The notes: a model not told the origin generated them from the letters alone. Shown: positions 11,609-23,992, counted from the first letter of the stretch. The stretch: 33,000 nucleotides of DNA from Gracilinanus agilis (GCF_016433145.1 NC_058134.1:27746648-27779647); one strand, 5' to 3'. Numbers and translations are program-made.

Positions 11609-12390
11609 TGTTAGAGATACTGAATGCTGCCAGAGGAAGTCACAAGTCCTATTGACTGGGGCCACTCCAAATTCATATCTAATTTCATTTAAACTCTTAT
11701 TGCTACTTGGCAAGACTCTTATACTTAAATTAAACTGGAAAAAACACAGAACTATTAAATGGTCAGAAAAACCACGCTTTAATTATGGAGAGTTCAGCGC
11801 TAAATTAGGCTTCCTTGAAGAGCTGTGAGCTACAAATCCTCACAGTCCCCAGACTCTGGTAGCTCTGATCACTGAACTCCTGGGAGGTGACAATTCCAAA
11901 GAGCCATTACAACTGGGAAGCCTCTGGACTTCTTGAGGAGCCCTGGACTGGAGAGTATAGTTGATTGACTTTACTAGGGTAGCGAAGAAAAGGAGGAGTC
12001 CCAGACAGGAATAACAGTGAGAGACTGATGCTTTACAATGGACACAAAAGGGAAAGACCTAGCCCAGGGCTGGGCCACCTTGATAAAGGACTTGGGCCTA
12101 AGGGGAGAAACCTTTGGGACAAAAAGAGATACTTAACACCAGATGGGATTAGCCATCTCTACTTAAACTACTTTAAGGTCTATTGTTAGTCTGAGACTCT
12201 AGAAATTGGGTTTTCTGTCTGGGGGAAACTCTTGTTACAAGGTCAAACTTGAGGGCTTCACTTTCAAGCTAAATAAACTGGGGGGGAGGGTCATCAGCTC
12301 TCACTAGACTACAGATTTGGGGGGTTCTAGATTCCACATCTACACTTACATGATGAACTTCCTGTACAAATTTCCTCAGCAGCTGTCGAA
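11609..12390 (+). mobile_element. LTR-like insertion inside L2
   Basis: Begins tgttagag and interrupts collinear L2 sequence; AATAAA near 12272. The 3' boundary and TSD are not resolved. Confidence 0.5.
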
Positions 12391-12901
12391 ATTTTTCTTT
12401 TCTCTCCTCCCCAAAACCCCAGCCAACATTTTCCCACTTTAAAGAGAAAATCAGGCCATACATCATGAGCTCTCTCGTTTCCTCTACTCAAGACCACAAA
12501 ACCCTTCCACTTTATCTCTTCATTTCTCTGGCTATTCTCCTTAAAATACCTCAATTCCAAGTCAGTGCCCACCTCCCATTCCTAGCCTTTGCCTGGCCAG
12601 AATTATTTCCAGTTTCTCTTCAATACAGACTTCTTTCCTGCTGCCTCCAGACAAGTTCAGGTTGTGGAGACTATTAGGTTTTTAATCATCCAGGAATAGA
12701 GCACAAAAACCAGCATTTGTTCTTTTGTTTGCTCTTTGGGCTGACTGATACACACAACAAAGGCAGGAATGTGGATGGGGGAATAAAGGACTGGAGGCTT
12801 AGCTCTTTCACTTAATTTTTACTCTTGATTACCATCATTTATGCTTGTCTTTAATAGGTGCCTCCACTTCCTTTCTTTTCACTCTTTTTTTAACTCTACA
12901 T

Positions 12902-13096
12902 CAGTAGTTCCCAAACTTTTTTGACCTACCGCCCCCTTTCCAGAAAAAAATATTACTTAGTACCCCTGAAAATTAATTTTTTTTAAATTTTAATAGCAAC
13001 TAATAGGAAAGATAAATGCACCTGTAGCCATCACCATCCCTCTGGATCGCTGCAGCACCCACAAGGGGGCGGTGGTGCCCACTTTGGGAATCACTG
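12902..13096. mobile_element. hAT (Charlie-group) MITE, 195 bp
   Basis: TIRs cagtagttcccaaact (12902-12917) and actttgggaatcactg (13081-13096). 8-bp TSD ctctacat/ctctacag (7/8 match). Confidence 0.9.
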
Positions 13097-13624
13097 CTCT
13101 ACAGCTTTTTCCAACCTACTTTTCCAAGTCTACTGAAAGAACTATTTAATAAAATGTAAATTCTCCCTAAAGTTACTCATGGTCTTTGAACTGCCAAAAC
13201 CAATGGCCTTTTTCTCAATCCTCAACCTTATGGATCTCTCTGCAATCTTTAAAACTTGATCTCCTTGATCCTCTTTTGGTTCTTCTATCTTTCTGACCAT
13301 TCCTCAGCCTACTTTGCTGGATCAGTAATCAGGTCACAGTTGCTAACTGGGAATGCCTCCCAGGTTCTGTCCTGGGCCTTCTTTTCCCTTGAAACTGTGT
13401 GATCTCATTAATTCCAGTGGATTTGATTCTTGGTTGAATCAAATCTCAGCTGATGATTCTCAAAACTACTGATACAGATTTTATTATACTGATATGATAA
13501 ACCTATCTGCTGACTTCCAGTCCCCCATCTCCAACTGCCTATTGGGTTTCTCAAACTGGATGTCCTGTAACCATCGTAAACTTACCATTGCAAAAAACTG
13601 AAATCATCATCTTTTCCTTTAAAC

Positions 13625-13827
13625 CAATGATGGGCAAACTTTTTAAAGAGTGGGGCCAAAGGAAAGAAAATGCTTAGCTGTCAGTCTGTTTCTAAGGCAA
13701 CTCTTTCAAAGTTTCATTTTATTGTATCCTACTATTGTATTTGTCAGATTAGGAATAATGTCACTTGGCTGGATATAACATTTCAGGGGTCCCCATCTGG
13801 CCTGCTGGCGTAGTTTGCCCATCACTA
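13625..13827. mobile_element. hAT MITE, second family, 203 bp
   Basis: TIRs caatgatgggcaaact (13625-13640) and agtttgcccatcacta (13812-13827). No matching 8-bp TSD visible. Confidence 0.85.
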
Positions 13828-13916
13828 CCTCTTCCTAACTTTCTATTATGTTGAGAATATTGCCTTTCTCCTACTCTCCCAAGCTTACAAAATAGGTGTC
13901 ATCTTGACATGGGCAT

Positions 13917-14410
13917 TGTGCAGAGATGGCAGGGACCCTGTACCCCTTAACTCAGGCAGGATGTGAACAGGGGAATTCCCTTCCCCCTTCCTTTCCTTGT
14001 GACTCCTGAGGCAAGACCATTATCCTTGGATGTCCTTTAGGTTGAGATAGACAAAGTGATACACCTTGGCCACATCTTGATCGCCTAAGCCCTGAGGATC
14101 TCAGGCAGACCCCCCATTCCCCAAATGATAGAGAGCAAGAAGTCATGTCCACACTACTGTAAAGAATATAAAAATCCCTGAACTGGAGCATTCAGGGAGC
14201 AGCTCCCATAGTTGCTCCACTCATGCTGCCGTGCCATGTCTTGGAGGGCAACCCCCCAGGGTTGTTCCATTCATGCCATCTTGCTGGCCATTAATCCTAT
14301 CTTACTAATAAATCTTTCTTTTTACTTTTAAGCTAAGTTCGGAGTCCTCTCCTTCTTGAGAAAGGTTTCCTTCCTGAACCCAGGAGTTCACCATTTACAC
14401 CCCCATAACA
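13917..14410 (+). mobile_element. Solo LTR
   Basis: TG...CA ends, TATA-like tataaaaa near 14168 and AATAAA near 14308. Sits inside L2; no clear TSD. Confidence 0.7.
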
Positions 14411-15004
14411 ATTTCTTGACAACAAGTCTTGACAATTGATTGGATATGTGAGGTAAGAGAGAGCACATATCCAAGACTTATTGATTTTAACTGAAAATTT
14501 TCTCTCATATGCCTCTCAAACTGCCATCACCCTGGTGTAAGCCCTCACATCACGGCTGGACTACTAAAATGGTAACTAAGCTTCCCTGTCTCAAGTTTCT
14601 CCCCACCGTAGTACATCCTCTACTCAATTGGCAAAAGGATCTTCCCAGAATTCAGGTCAATAAACTCCAGTGACTCCCTTATCATGATCAACTATAAAGT
14701 CTTCTTTTTGATGTTCAAAGCCCTTCATAACATGGCCTCCCCCAGTGTTTCCAGTATTTATACCCCGCCCTGCCCAACCCTGAATACTCTGTGATCCAGA
14801 GATATTGGCCTCCTTTCTGGTGCTAGAACAAGACACTCAAGATTTAGAGATCTAGTCCTTATTTCTCTCTTGAACTCCAATCTGGTATTATCAACTTCCC
14901 CCCTATAATTCTCCTTCTGGAAGTCAATATGTTCAGAGGGGAATTCATTATTTTCATTTAAAACAAACAAATGTAGATGAATAGATAGATAGGTAGATAT
15001 ATAT

Positions 15005-15843
15005 AAATATATGTATTTTTACATCATCATATTTTCCCCCTACCCCAATGGCACACTATATAACAAATTGTACTTTTTAAGACAAAAAAAAAAAAAGGAA
15101 AAGAAAGAAAATCAACGTAACTGATCAATACATTGAAAAAGTTTGAATATAGGTGTGATGTTTGTGGACATCCTAATGTCACAAAGGGGTGAGGAAGAAA
15201 TATCTTCTCATATCTCTTCTTTCCAGCTATGCTTCTTCCTTATAATTTTTTAATGTCCCTTTTGGTTTTTTGGTGCATGGCTATTCCTTCCATATGCATT
15301 TTTCAGTCATTGTTTTCTTGACTCTGTTTACTCTGCTTTAGTTTAGAGCTTTTCATGTTTCTATGTAATCCTCACATTCATAATATCTGTATATCCCAGT
15401 ATATTCATGAGTCATATTGTCTTTAGCTCCCCAGTCAATAGGTATCTACTTTTCTAATTCTTTGGCATTTCCAATTCTTTGCTATAGCAAAAATGTGCTG
15501 CTTATAAGTATTTTGATGTATATGGGCCCTTTCATATCAATGACCTTCTTGGGGTACAAGTTTAATAACAGAATTTCTAATTCAAAGAGTATGGACATTT
15601 TAGTCACTTTAAGTTCATAATTCCAAATTGCATTCTAGATAGTTGCACTAATTGACAGCTTCACTAACAATGAACTAGTGTGCTTATATACCCCAAATCT
15701 TTCTCCAGCATTAACTCTTTCCAATTTTTCTCATCTTCATCAATTTTCAGAGTGTGAGTGGAATTGTCAGTTATTTTTATTAGTAGCGATTTGGAATGTT
15801 ATTTCATATGGTTGTTAATAATTTGCAGTTCTTTTGAGAACTG
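15005..15843 (-). mobile_element. L1 3' fragment (ORF2 C-terminus and 3'UTR)
   Basis: ttccaattctttgctatagcaaaaatgtgctgcttataagtattttgatgtatatgggccc...ttccaaattgcattctagatagttgcactaatt matches the reverse complement of marsupial L1 3' ends. Confidence 0.8.
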
Positions 15844-16138
15844 GTTAAAACTCATTATCTTTTTCAGTAAATCTTTCCCCCTGTATAATTAGAATCTGCT
15901 CCCCAGGACTCCAGTTCCCAGTATCCCACTTTCATTCTCATTTATGTCCTTACATTTTGGAGATAAAGTTTGTGTGTGACCCCACCTCTCTTCTCTTTCC
16001 CTGCTAATATGGCTGGGAAAACTTCTCTTTACTTAGGTTTTTACTTTTGTTCTTTTATTTCTTTTACTTCAAATGATTATTAATAAATCTTATAAAATAT
16101 AATACTTGTAGTTATTGGATATTAATTTTAATCTTGCA
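15844..16138 (+). mobile_element. Short LTR-like element
   Basis: gttaaaactc...aataaatcttataaaatataatacttgtagttattggatattaattttaatcttgca: poly(A) signal and CA terminus. Confidence 0.45.
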
Positions 16139-16389
16139 TCCCCAAACTTCTCTGTTTCTATTAAACATTCTACATTCCTTCCAGTCATCTATTTTTGTAG
16201 CCTAGAAGGCTCCTATCTGTCCTTTATACCTTCATACTTCTAGCTATTAAATCTTGTTTATTCTGCCTCCAGATCTATAGCACTAATCTCATTCTCCTCA
16301 TTCCGGTGGCCATCACTTTAGTCCACTAACCCATCAGATCTCATCTAGATTATTGTAATTGTCTCCTTATTGGTCTTTTTTACTGATTC

Positions 16390-16584
16390 CTTCTTTCTTT
16401 CTTTCTTTAAACCCTTACCTTCCATCTTAGAATTAATACTATGCATTGGTTCCAAGGCAGAAGAATGGTAAGGGCTAGGCAATGGGCATTAAATGGCTTG
16501 TCCAGGCTCACTGAGTCAAGTTTGAACCCCGGCCTGCCTGTCTCTAGGCATGGCTCTCAATCTCCTGAGCCACATACCTGCCTC
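16390..16584 (-). mobile_element. SINE1_Mdo-like SINE, diverged, with (CTTT)n tail
   Basis: aaacccttaccttccatcttagaat...ctcaatctcctgagccacatacctgcc is the reverse complement of the SINE body. Confidence 0.85.
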
Positions 16585-17029
16585 CATCATTCTCATTTCT
16601 AATCCATCCTTCTCATTGAGGTCAAAATAATGTTCTTATGGGACACTTCTCATTGTAACACTTTCCTTATAATCCTAAAATGAGCCTTGATTGCCTTGAG
16701 GGTAAAATATAAACTCAATCAGAGCCACAGAATTCTTGCCTTTGCCCAGAATACCTTGCTTTCTTGATTCTGTCTTTTTAGAATCCTTATGGTTTCTTTT
16801 TTCCTTCCAGATTCAGTTCAGGTGTCCTAGAAGTCAGTTTAGACCTCCTTGAAGCCCTCCTGGATCCCAAATCATTCCATCCCCAGGTGCTGGCACTCTC
16901 TTCCTCCTCCAATTACTTTATTTTTACTTATCTGTGTATATTGTGGTTCATGAATGAGTAGACTCCTCTGTTTTTATTTTATTTTGTACATACCTATTCC
17001 CTAGCAGAGATCCTTTAACCTAGTAACCA

Positions 17030-17370
17030 ATCAATCAACAAGCTTATTATTAAGTACTTACTATGTATTAGAAGGTGTACAATGTGCCCAGGCTCCTGGA
17101 AGCATAATGACTGGGACTTTCTGTTCTCAAGGAGCTTCCTTGCTATTGGAGAGCAATAATCTATACACAGAGAAGTATATTCACAATATAGGATATAGAG
17201 ATTGTTCTTGTGTTCTCATTGATTTAAGATGTATATAAAATATTTACAAAATAAATACAAGATAACGGGGGGTGGGTTGTTAGTTATCTGGGGCAATCTC
17301 ATGTAGACAGTGAGGTTTAAGCTAAGTTTTGAAAAAATAGAGGTATTCTAAGAAGTGGAGGTGATTGGAA
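17030..17370 (-). mobile_element. L2 3' fragment
   Basis: aatcaatcaacaagcttattattaagtacttactatgt...ttctcaaggagctt...gtttaagctaagttttgaa. Confidence 0.65.
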
Positions 17371-17643
17371 GTCTTACACTAAGCAGACCCTGTTGGGGGC
17401 CTTCTTTGGCATCCACATAGTGTCAAAAGACCTAAAAATAGAACCCTTTGCCCTGCCTCCAGCATCTTGAGTATGGACTTGATAAAGAATTTACAGAGAT
17501 GCATACTGGATAAGAATCCAACTCAATGGATATTTATTAAAATGTTTGTTAGAAAAAGGGTAGATAGGTAGCATCCCATCAGAGAGAGTGCTGATATTGA
17601 TAAGAACATGGAATCAGAATAAGAATAACACATAATACCGTTA

Positions 17644-18371
17644 TGTGAAGAGAGACCCTGTTAGATTAAATAAATGGGTGACTAGGATTTGACATAACCC
17701 AGCCTGACAGGGCTGTCTCTTTAAGGACTAAGAGCAACAATGGCAATGCTCTCTGTCCTAGGTTAGTATAGATGCAATCTGGCTGCATATTGGAACAAGG
17801 ATGTTTATTCAGGAAATAACAGGAAAGGTGGTTAGGTAAGTGGGTTATAGGTGAGTCTCTATGGCTGAAATGTCTATCTTAAGGGCCCCAAATTGACCTT
17901 TCATCAAGATTTCTTCTTTCCCTGGCCAGGCTGGGACTATTCTATATACATTCTCTACCTTAAGAGATCCCCTGTTATCTATCTAAATTCTAAGCTAAAA
18001 CCCATACAAGTTATAAGTCTTTTAGAATATAGATTGAGTAGTGTGGACAGTTGGAGTCAGAAGTGATTGGGTCTATCCCAGAGAGGAAATCCTCCCTGAG
18101 GCAACCTTGGCAGTTCAATCAGCTTCCTTTCTCAGTTTGGATTTTCTTATAGAGTTTGCAGTTAAATCCTTCAGCAGCTTCCAGGTTGGGGTAGAAACAG
18201 TTCACAGGAATGGGTTGGAATGGGTTGGGGATCCCCAGGAGGTCAGAGTGGAATCTTGGAGCTGGCTTCAGCTTCGCAACCTCGAACCAACTACCCCCGG
18301 TTGGCAGTTAGAACTTCCAGACTCGCTCCTTCCAGATTCCAACCAGGTCTGCCCCTGTGTCTGTAGTATCA
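17644..18371. mobile_element. Probable LTR-derived sequence
   Basis: Starts tgtgaagagag with a composition distinct from flanking L2/MIR. Candidate TSD gtta at 17640-17643 and 18307-18310 is ambiguous. Confidence 0.35.
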
Positions 18372-18574
18372 CCAAATTTCATTTCTCTTTGCTGCAAAGC
18401 TGTCTCTCTTTCCCAAAATCTCCCTCTCACAATATATAATATTTATATAATACACAATGTTATAATTTTATAACATGACATGTAAATATTATATAATATG
18501 TATAATATAGAATATATAGTAATATGTGTAGATATATATTGATAAACAGATAGACTATCATGTTTTTCCAAATG

Positions 18575-18765
18575 CTTTCATAGACAGTGACTCATGATCC
18601 CTATAAAAGCCCTATGAAGTATACTTACCAGCAATGATTATAATCCTCATTTTATAGATCAGGTAACTGAGGCTGAGAAAAATTAAATAATTTGCCTGAA
18701 GACACATAGCCAGTAAATGAGAGCCAGTACTTGAAACCAAACCCTCTAGTTCTAATCCCATTTTT
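18575..18765 (-). mobile_element. MIR-type SINE fragment
   Basis: aatcctcattttatagatcaggtaactgaggctgagaaaaattaaataatttgcctgaagacacatagccagtaaatg is the reverse complement of the CORE-SINE. Confidence 0.75.
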
Positions 18766-20415
18766 CTAATTCTTTTTAAAAAAACAAGTTTTTATGGAAA
18801 TTCTATAATTTTCACTGCTAAGCATATAAAATATATGATTAATCCTATTAAAAGTCTTATTAGCATAACTGGGCAGCTATAGATAAAGCAACATTTTTTA
18901 TTAGTGGTTTCCTACTGCACCCTGTAGCTGTTATGCTTTCTATTTGTTCTGATTTTATAACTTTTGATACTTTGGTGCTTTGAGTACTAGCACTCTGTTC
19001 TTGACCTGGCATTTTAAAATCAGGAGAGGGACATGGATCTAGCACAGGGAGAGGGAAAGAGAGGAGGATAATGATAACCAGAAATGTGGCTAACTTTGAA
19101 CCCTGTGGGTGAGGGAGTTTCCCTCGAAATAGACTCGGGAGAGTCCATCCTCTCTCTAATAGCAATTATTGCTTCTTCTACCACCATTCCTACCTCTCAA
19201 AATTGTCTATTTTCTTCTCATGACAATATCTCTAGATTTATTTCTCATTCAACAAATGTTTCCCAACTCAACATATCAACTACTCCTTTCTCTCCTGGGA
19301 AAATCCACGGGAGATGCCGGGAGGTTATCTCACATTGATCTTGTAGGATTTATCTGTTGTGAATAAGAATCTTGTATTCATGTGTAAGTATTGGAATGTA
19401 ATCTCCTTGAGGACTGGACTGTCTGTCTTCTTTTGTCTTTGAACCACCAGAGCTTAGCACAGAGCCTGTTATATAGGAAGGGCTAATGAATGTTCATGGA
19501 TTGATTGACTCTGTGTATATGTTTGTGTATGAATACACAAGTGATCATTAGAGATTACCAAGAAAAGCCCACAAAGGAGAATGGTGGAAATTGAACGTAA
19601 TCTCATTATGATGTGGAAATTATGATGAGGGTCATCTATGCTTATCTCAGAACTCTGGATCTTCAATGATGACCTAAGATCCCCCAGTTGGAACTTGTTG
19701 GATCAGACCCCAGTACTCATCTAATAGTTATCTCCAGATCTATATCTTGAAATTTCTGTGCCTGGGATGAGCCCAGTGATAGTGTAGAAGACAGCCTTCC
19801 CTTGGTGCAGATAATCTGGTACCTAGGACCACTAACAGTAGCCAATGTTCCAAACCTCCATGATGAAGAGGCAAGTAGCAGACAAGATTCTATGAAGAAA
19901 GGCCCAGAGAAAGGGATTCTACCATAATGGAACCCTATAGGTGAGAGCCACAGTCAAATGAAGGAGCAGAGGTGGGCACATCACCAAATATGCTAAAATC
20001 TGCTAGGAGGACCACAATGAGGAAGAAATATGACCCTTCCAGATGCTAGTTCCTGACATGACTCCCTGGCCACCCCATTCTAGTTACAGCTCTGATTATT
20101 ACCCTGAAAATAAACAAAAGACTCATCTAAAACATTTTGGGGTCTGTTCTAGATACCTCCTGGTCCCATAGATAGAATGATCCCAGGATGAATTTTTTGC
20201 AAACTTGGAATTTTTTGTGTGTTGAGCTTGAGACTACGACATTGAAAATTCTATTTAATGATGGCTGTTACCAAATCTGTTTCTTCTGGGACTTTAATCT
20301 TGCTCAGCCTTGAATTCTGATACCATATTGTGTTTTTTGTTTTTTTTTTACCTTGGGAAGAGCATCTTCTACCACCTTGAAAAGCAAACTGAGCAATTTT
20401 ATCTTTCCTATAAAA

Positions 20416-20619
20416 AACTGATGATGAACCTTTTCAAGAAACTGAGTTTCCAAATTGCAACTCAAAACCTGTGTGTGGAGAAGGATTGGGGAGCAGCCTA
20501 GCCCTGTGTCCCTCTGGCTTTCTAGTAATGAAGTCTGTGCAGAGGCAATGGTGTGTGTGCCCACAGAGAGGTCTCTGAGTGCCCCCTTTGGCATGTGTGC
20601 CATAGGTTCATTACCACAA
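20416..20619 (-). mobile_element. hAT MITE, third family (copy 1)
   Basis: Degenerate TIRs aactgatgatgaacct and aggttcattaccacaa; TSD ctataaaa/ctatagag (6/8). Body homologous to the copies at 31209 and 32472. Confidence 0.8.
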
Positions 20620-21176
20620 CTATAGAGCAACCATATCTGTGGAATTGAAATAGTCATTAACTCGAACTCATCTGAGACCATAATGGGAATGTGCCCAGTT
20701 TCCTTGACAAAAATTTAATAGGCTTGAAGAGGCAACCGATCTGAGCATCAACTTTCCCAATAGAAGCAGGACTTTGAGACTGACATCCTTATGATTGCAT
20801 TCAACATGTTAAAAATGTTGATCTGGGAAAAGCAGCCATTAACAAACTCCAAAAATTCTCCTCCATAAAGCTTTTGTCTGCTAAACTTAAAGTTACAGAA
20901 TCATAGGCTGCCGAGATGGAAGAAGGAATATACATATAGAATGTAGAAACAGATGAAAGTTTAGTCTTCTCTAATAGGTTTTTTTTAGTGGAGAAAAAGA
21001 ACTGTTCTAAGCCTGTGAATGGAGAGAATAGTAAAAGTGTCTGTAGCTGCCTCTTCTCTCTGTTTTATTTCTTTTTATTCCTGATCTTAGGTAATTGGGT
21101 TTTAGGGACAGAATAGACTGAGTCATGACATTGTGACCTTCAAAAATCAAAAAATCATTAGAAGTTCAGCAAATGG

Positions 21177-21374
21177 GGGCAGCTGGGTAGCTCAATGGAT
21201 TGAAAGCCACACCTAGAGATGGGGGGTCCTAGGTTCAAGTCTGGCCTCAGACACTTCCCAGCTGTGTGACCCTGGGCAAGTCACTTGACCCCCATTGCCT
21301 ACTCTTACCACTCTTCTGCCTTGGAGCCAATACACAGTATTGACTCCAAGATGGAAGGTAAGGGGTTAAAAAAA
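21177..21374 (+). mobile_element. SINE1_Mdo-like SINE, full length
   Basis: Canonical head, core and tail. 15-bp TSD aagttcagcaaatgg at 21162-21176 and 21375-21389. Confidence 0.95.
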
Positions 21375-21939
21375 AAGTTCAGCAAATGGAGTCCATAATT
21401 AAAACTACTGGTCAACATAGCTATTGAACCAGATCTGAGGAGTGACCTTATAATAGTAAATTGATTCAACTGTTGAGACACCATGTCCTAAAAGTAAGAG
21501 TGACTTATCCACCAGCTACGATGCCATCAATAGGGTTGATGGTGGGAGGAGAGTTTGTAGTGGCCACTTTTTAAGTTTGAGCCCACTCTTCCCAGGCACT
21601 GTGGGTTTAGATGAAACAGGATTGCTGGTTTTATAAGTTTCTCTATGTTGAGTCTTGCTATAACTTCTATGTCTTTGTAAAAGCTACTGGAGATTTAGTT
21701 AGTTGATAGTGTGGAGAGGGGAACAGGTAAAAATAACTTTGAGGTGCTAATCACTAGTTCAATGACCTGGAGGGGATTGGAACTGGCTAGTTGGTATATA
21801 TAATACAGGAGATGGATATTTGTGAAACATTACCCACAAGTATTAGGGAAAGATACTTCTTCTGATTTCTCCTAGAAAAGAGTCTTATTTCTAGGTACTC
21901 AACCTGCTAGTTAGCATGGAAAATGTGGGCTAGAAGAGG

Positions 21940-22167
21940 NNNNNNNNNNNNNNNNNNNNNNNNNNNNNNNNNNNNNNNNNNNNNNNNNNNNNNNNNNNNN
22001 NNNNNNNNNNNNNNNNNNNNNNNNNNNNNNNNNNNNNNNNNNNNNNNNNNNNNNNNNNNNNNNNNNNNNNNNNNNNNNNNNNNNNNNNNNNNNNNNNNNN
22101 NNNNNNNNNNNNNNNNNNNNNNNNNNNNNNNNNNNNNNNNNNNNNNNNNNNNNNNNNNNNNNNNNNN
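21940..22167. other. Assembly gap (228 N)
   Basis: Run of N, flanked on the right by TA/CA low-complexity sequence. Confidence 1.
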
Positions 22168-22340
22168 TTATATATACCTGAGTATATTTTTACATATGTA
22201 TATATATTTCACACAAACATATACATATTATAGACATATATGTCTATGTGCTTAAATGTTATAGAATTAAATAGTGGTAGAAATTAAGAACTGGAGGGAG
22301 AATATGCCTTTCTTCCATTATCTGCAAAAAGGGCCTCTGT

Positions 22341-22356
22341 CGTTGCTAAAGCAACG
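22341..22356. promoter_or_regulatory. Palindromic RFX X-box-like motif
   Basis: cGTTGCTaaAGCAACg: perfect 7-bp inverted half-sites with both CpGs retained, in unique sequence. Confidence 0.4.
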
Positions 22357-22506
22357 GTAGAAGCCCAGCAGTGGAAAGATGGCCCAATTTTAATTTCCCC
22401 TTGGCTTCTTGCCAACCAACATCAAGGGTGCTGGAGTTTCGAGTTAGGGAGATACGAAGAATTATCTAGTCCCTCACCAAAAGAAACCGAGCTAAAGAAC
22501 TCCAAT

Positions 22507-22697
22507 TCAGCATGATGGAGTGGAAAGGGCTTTGGACTTGGAGTCGAGACCTCTCTAACTCTGACCCTTGGACCAGTTCCAGTTCTGCCACCAACTGGCT
22601 GGCCATGTGACCTCTCTAAGCCTTGTTTTCCTTATCAAACGAAAACAAAGGGTTTCGACTAGATGAGTAAGTTTTAACATTTTGTGATCCTGTGAAA
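22507..22697 (+). mobile_element. MIR-type SINE
   Basis: gcatgatggagtggaaagggctttggacttggagtc...tgtgacctctctaagccttgttttccttatc...gggtttcgactagatg. Confidence 0.7.
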
Positions 22698-23290
22698 TAG
22701 GCTTTGGGTTGGGCACGTTCTGGGAGGGGAGCAAAGTACTAGGGATGGTTAGACAATCCATCAACCTGACTGGTTTCTCCTCCCAGCATGCTCCATAATA
22801 TAATCATAATAAAAACACTTTAATTTAAACACTCATCTTGCCTAGACATCCCCAAGATTAAATTGGAATGCTGTTTAATTATATGGACAATGTCACAGGT
22901 TGAAATGAACTATTTTATGAGGTTCCAAAGTATAGAGAGTAAAGAAACAGCTCCTATACTAAGCCTGATGATTTCCCCCCAAGTGAGTGGCCTCTGGGTT
23001 GCTGGGGAGGTTCAAGTGCCAGTGCTGTGGCCTCTATTATATTTGAAAGGGAAAAAACTTTCTGTTTTAGGTCCCTTTACCTGATGCCCAAGAACTGACA
23101 CTGCTGATCCCTGCAGGATTCTGCCCACCTGCCATTTCCCATCTAGGTTAATGTCCTGTAGACAAACTAATTTGTCCATCTTTTTAAAAAAATGCTGCTC
23201 TCAGTAATGAATATAGTGTAATAAAGGGATGGCAATCTTGGGAGCTAGTCTCTTTTGTTTATCTTTTTTGTTGTTGTTATTTCCAGCTAG

Positions 23291-23460
23291 GGAAGCTAGG
23301 CATTGCAGTGAATAGAGCCTGAGGTCTAGAATCAGAAAGACTCATCAAATCTGGCCTTAGACACTTCCTAGCTGTATGATCCTGAGCAAGTCACTTATCC
23401 TGTTTGCCTCAGTTTCCTCATCAGCAAAATGAGCTGGAGAGGAAAACAACAAACCCCTGT
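23291..23460 (+). mobile_element. MAR1-type SINE
   Basis: ggaagctagg...aaatctggccttagacacttcctagctgtatgatcctgagcaagtcac...gtttgcctcagtttcctcatc...gagctggagaggaaa. Confidence 0.8.
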
Positions 23461-23726
23461 CCTCTGAAAGCTTCCATTTATTATCATGTCACTCACAAGA
23501 CTGGAGAATTGGAGGAACCATTCCAAAACACGATCCCTCCTCCTCTGTGTTCCTCATTCAATTTCTACACCACAGGATGGATAGAAAAGTAGGAATTCCT
23601 TGAATTCTCACAAAACCATCATTCTCCACAAAATCAGAAGGAATGAGCTCAGACATTCAGCAGCTGGTAGAAGACTTTGGGGTGTTCTGATCACTTTGGG
23701 CCAGAAGGTCAGGGAGGAAACTTCAC

Positions 23727-23992
23727 TTAGTTAACAAGCATTTATTGCTTCCTTTATGCTAAGCACTAGGTATAGAAAGAGAGGTGAAACTCAGCCTTGC
23801 CTCAAGAAGTTCACTTTCCAGTGGGGGAGGCAACATACAAATAACTCTATACATCTAAGATAAATGCAGTAGAAATAGAAGTTCATCTCAGAAAGGAAAG
23901 TTAAAATAGATGGGGGGCAGGGAAAGGCATCTTACAGAAGGTGGGATTCATTGAGTCTTGAGGGAAACCAGGGAAACAGAGGTGACGAGTAT
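23727..23992 (-). mobile_element. L2 fragment, left flank of the ERV (continues at 30740-30820)
   Basis: aacaagcatttatt...gagtcttgagggaaaccaggga..agaggtga joins collinearly to aggaaagcaccccaggcatggagaatcgccag...tgaggaatagcag on the far side of the ERV. Confidence 0.75.

Larger units (their letters stand above)
12400..14860 (+). mobile_element. Nested L2 fragments (ORF2/3' region) interrupted by two MITEs and a solo LTR
   Basis: Recurrent L2 motifs (ccccatctccaactgcctattg, taggtgtcatcttgac, gccatcaccctggtgtaagccc, ataaactccagtgactcc). Flanks of the insertions rejoin collinearly. Confidence 0.65.

Noticed and set aside
11418-11828. 136-aa ORF containing YADD
   Set aside because: Chimera of a decayed L2 RT fragment and an inserted LTR; not a gene.
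18041-18439. 132-aa ORF
   Set aside because: Lies in LTR-like sequence, starts at a non-ATG codon and resembles no protein I recognise.
18424-18545. AT-rich stretch with short palindrome tgttataattttataaca
   Set aside because: Expected in TA low-complexity DNA.
18836-19334. Possible further solo LTR
   Set aside because: CA end visible but no convincing 5' end or TSD.
19690-21930. Possible ancient LINE (CR1/L3) or ERV fragments, or exons
   Set aside because: No motif or splice pattern strong enough to call by eye; needs RepeatMasker or BLAST.
21923-22255. 110-aa ORF
   Set aside because: Artefact of translating through the N gap.
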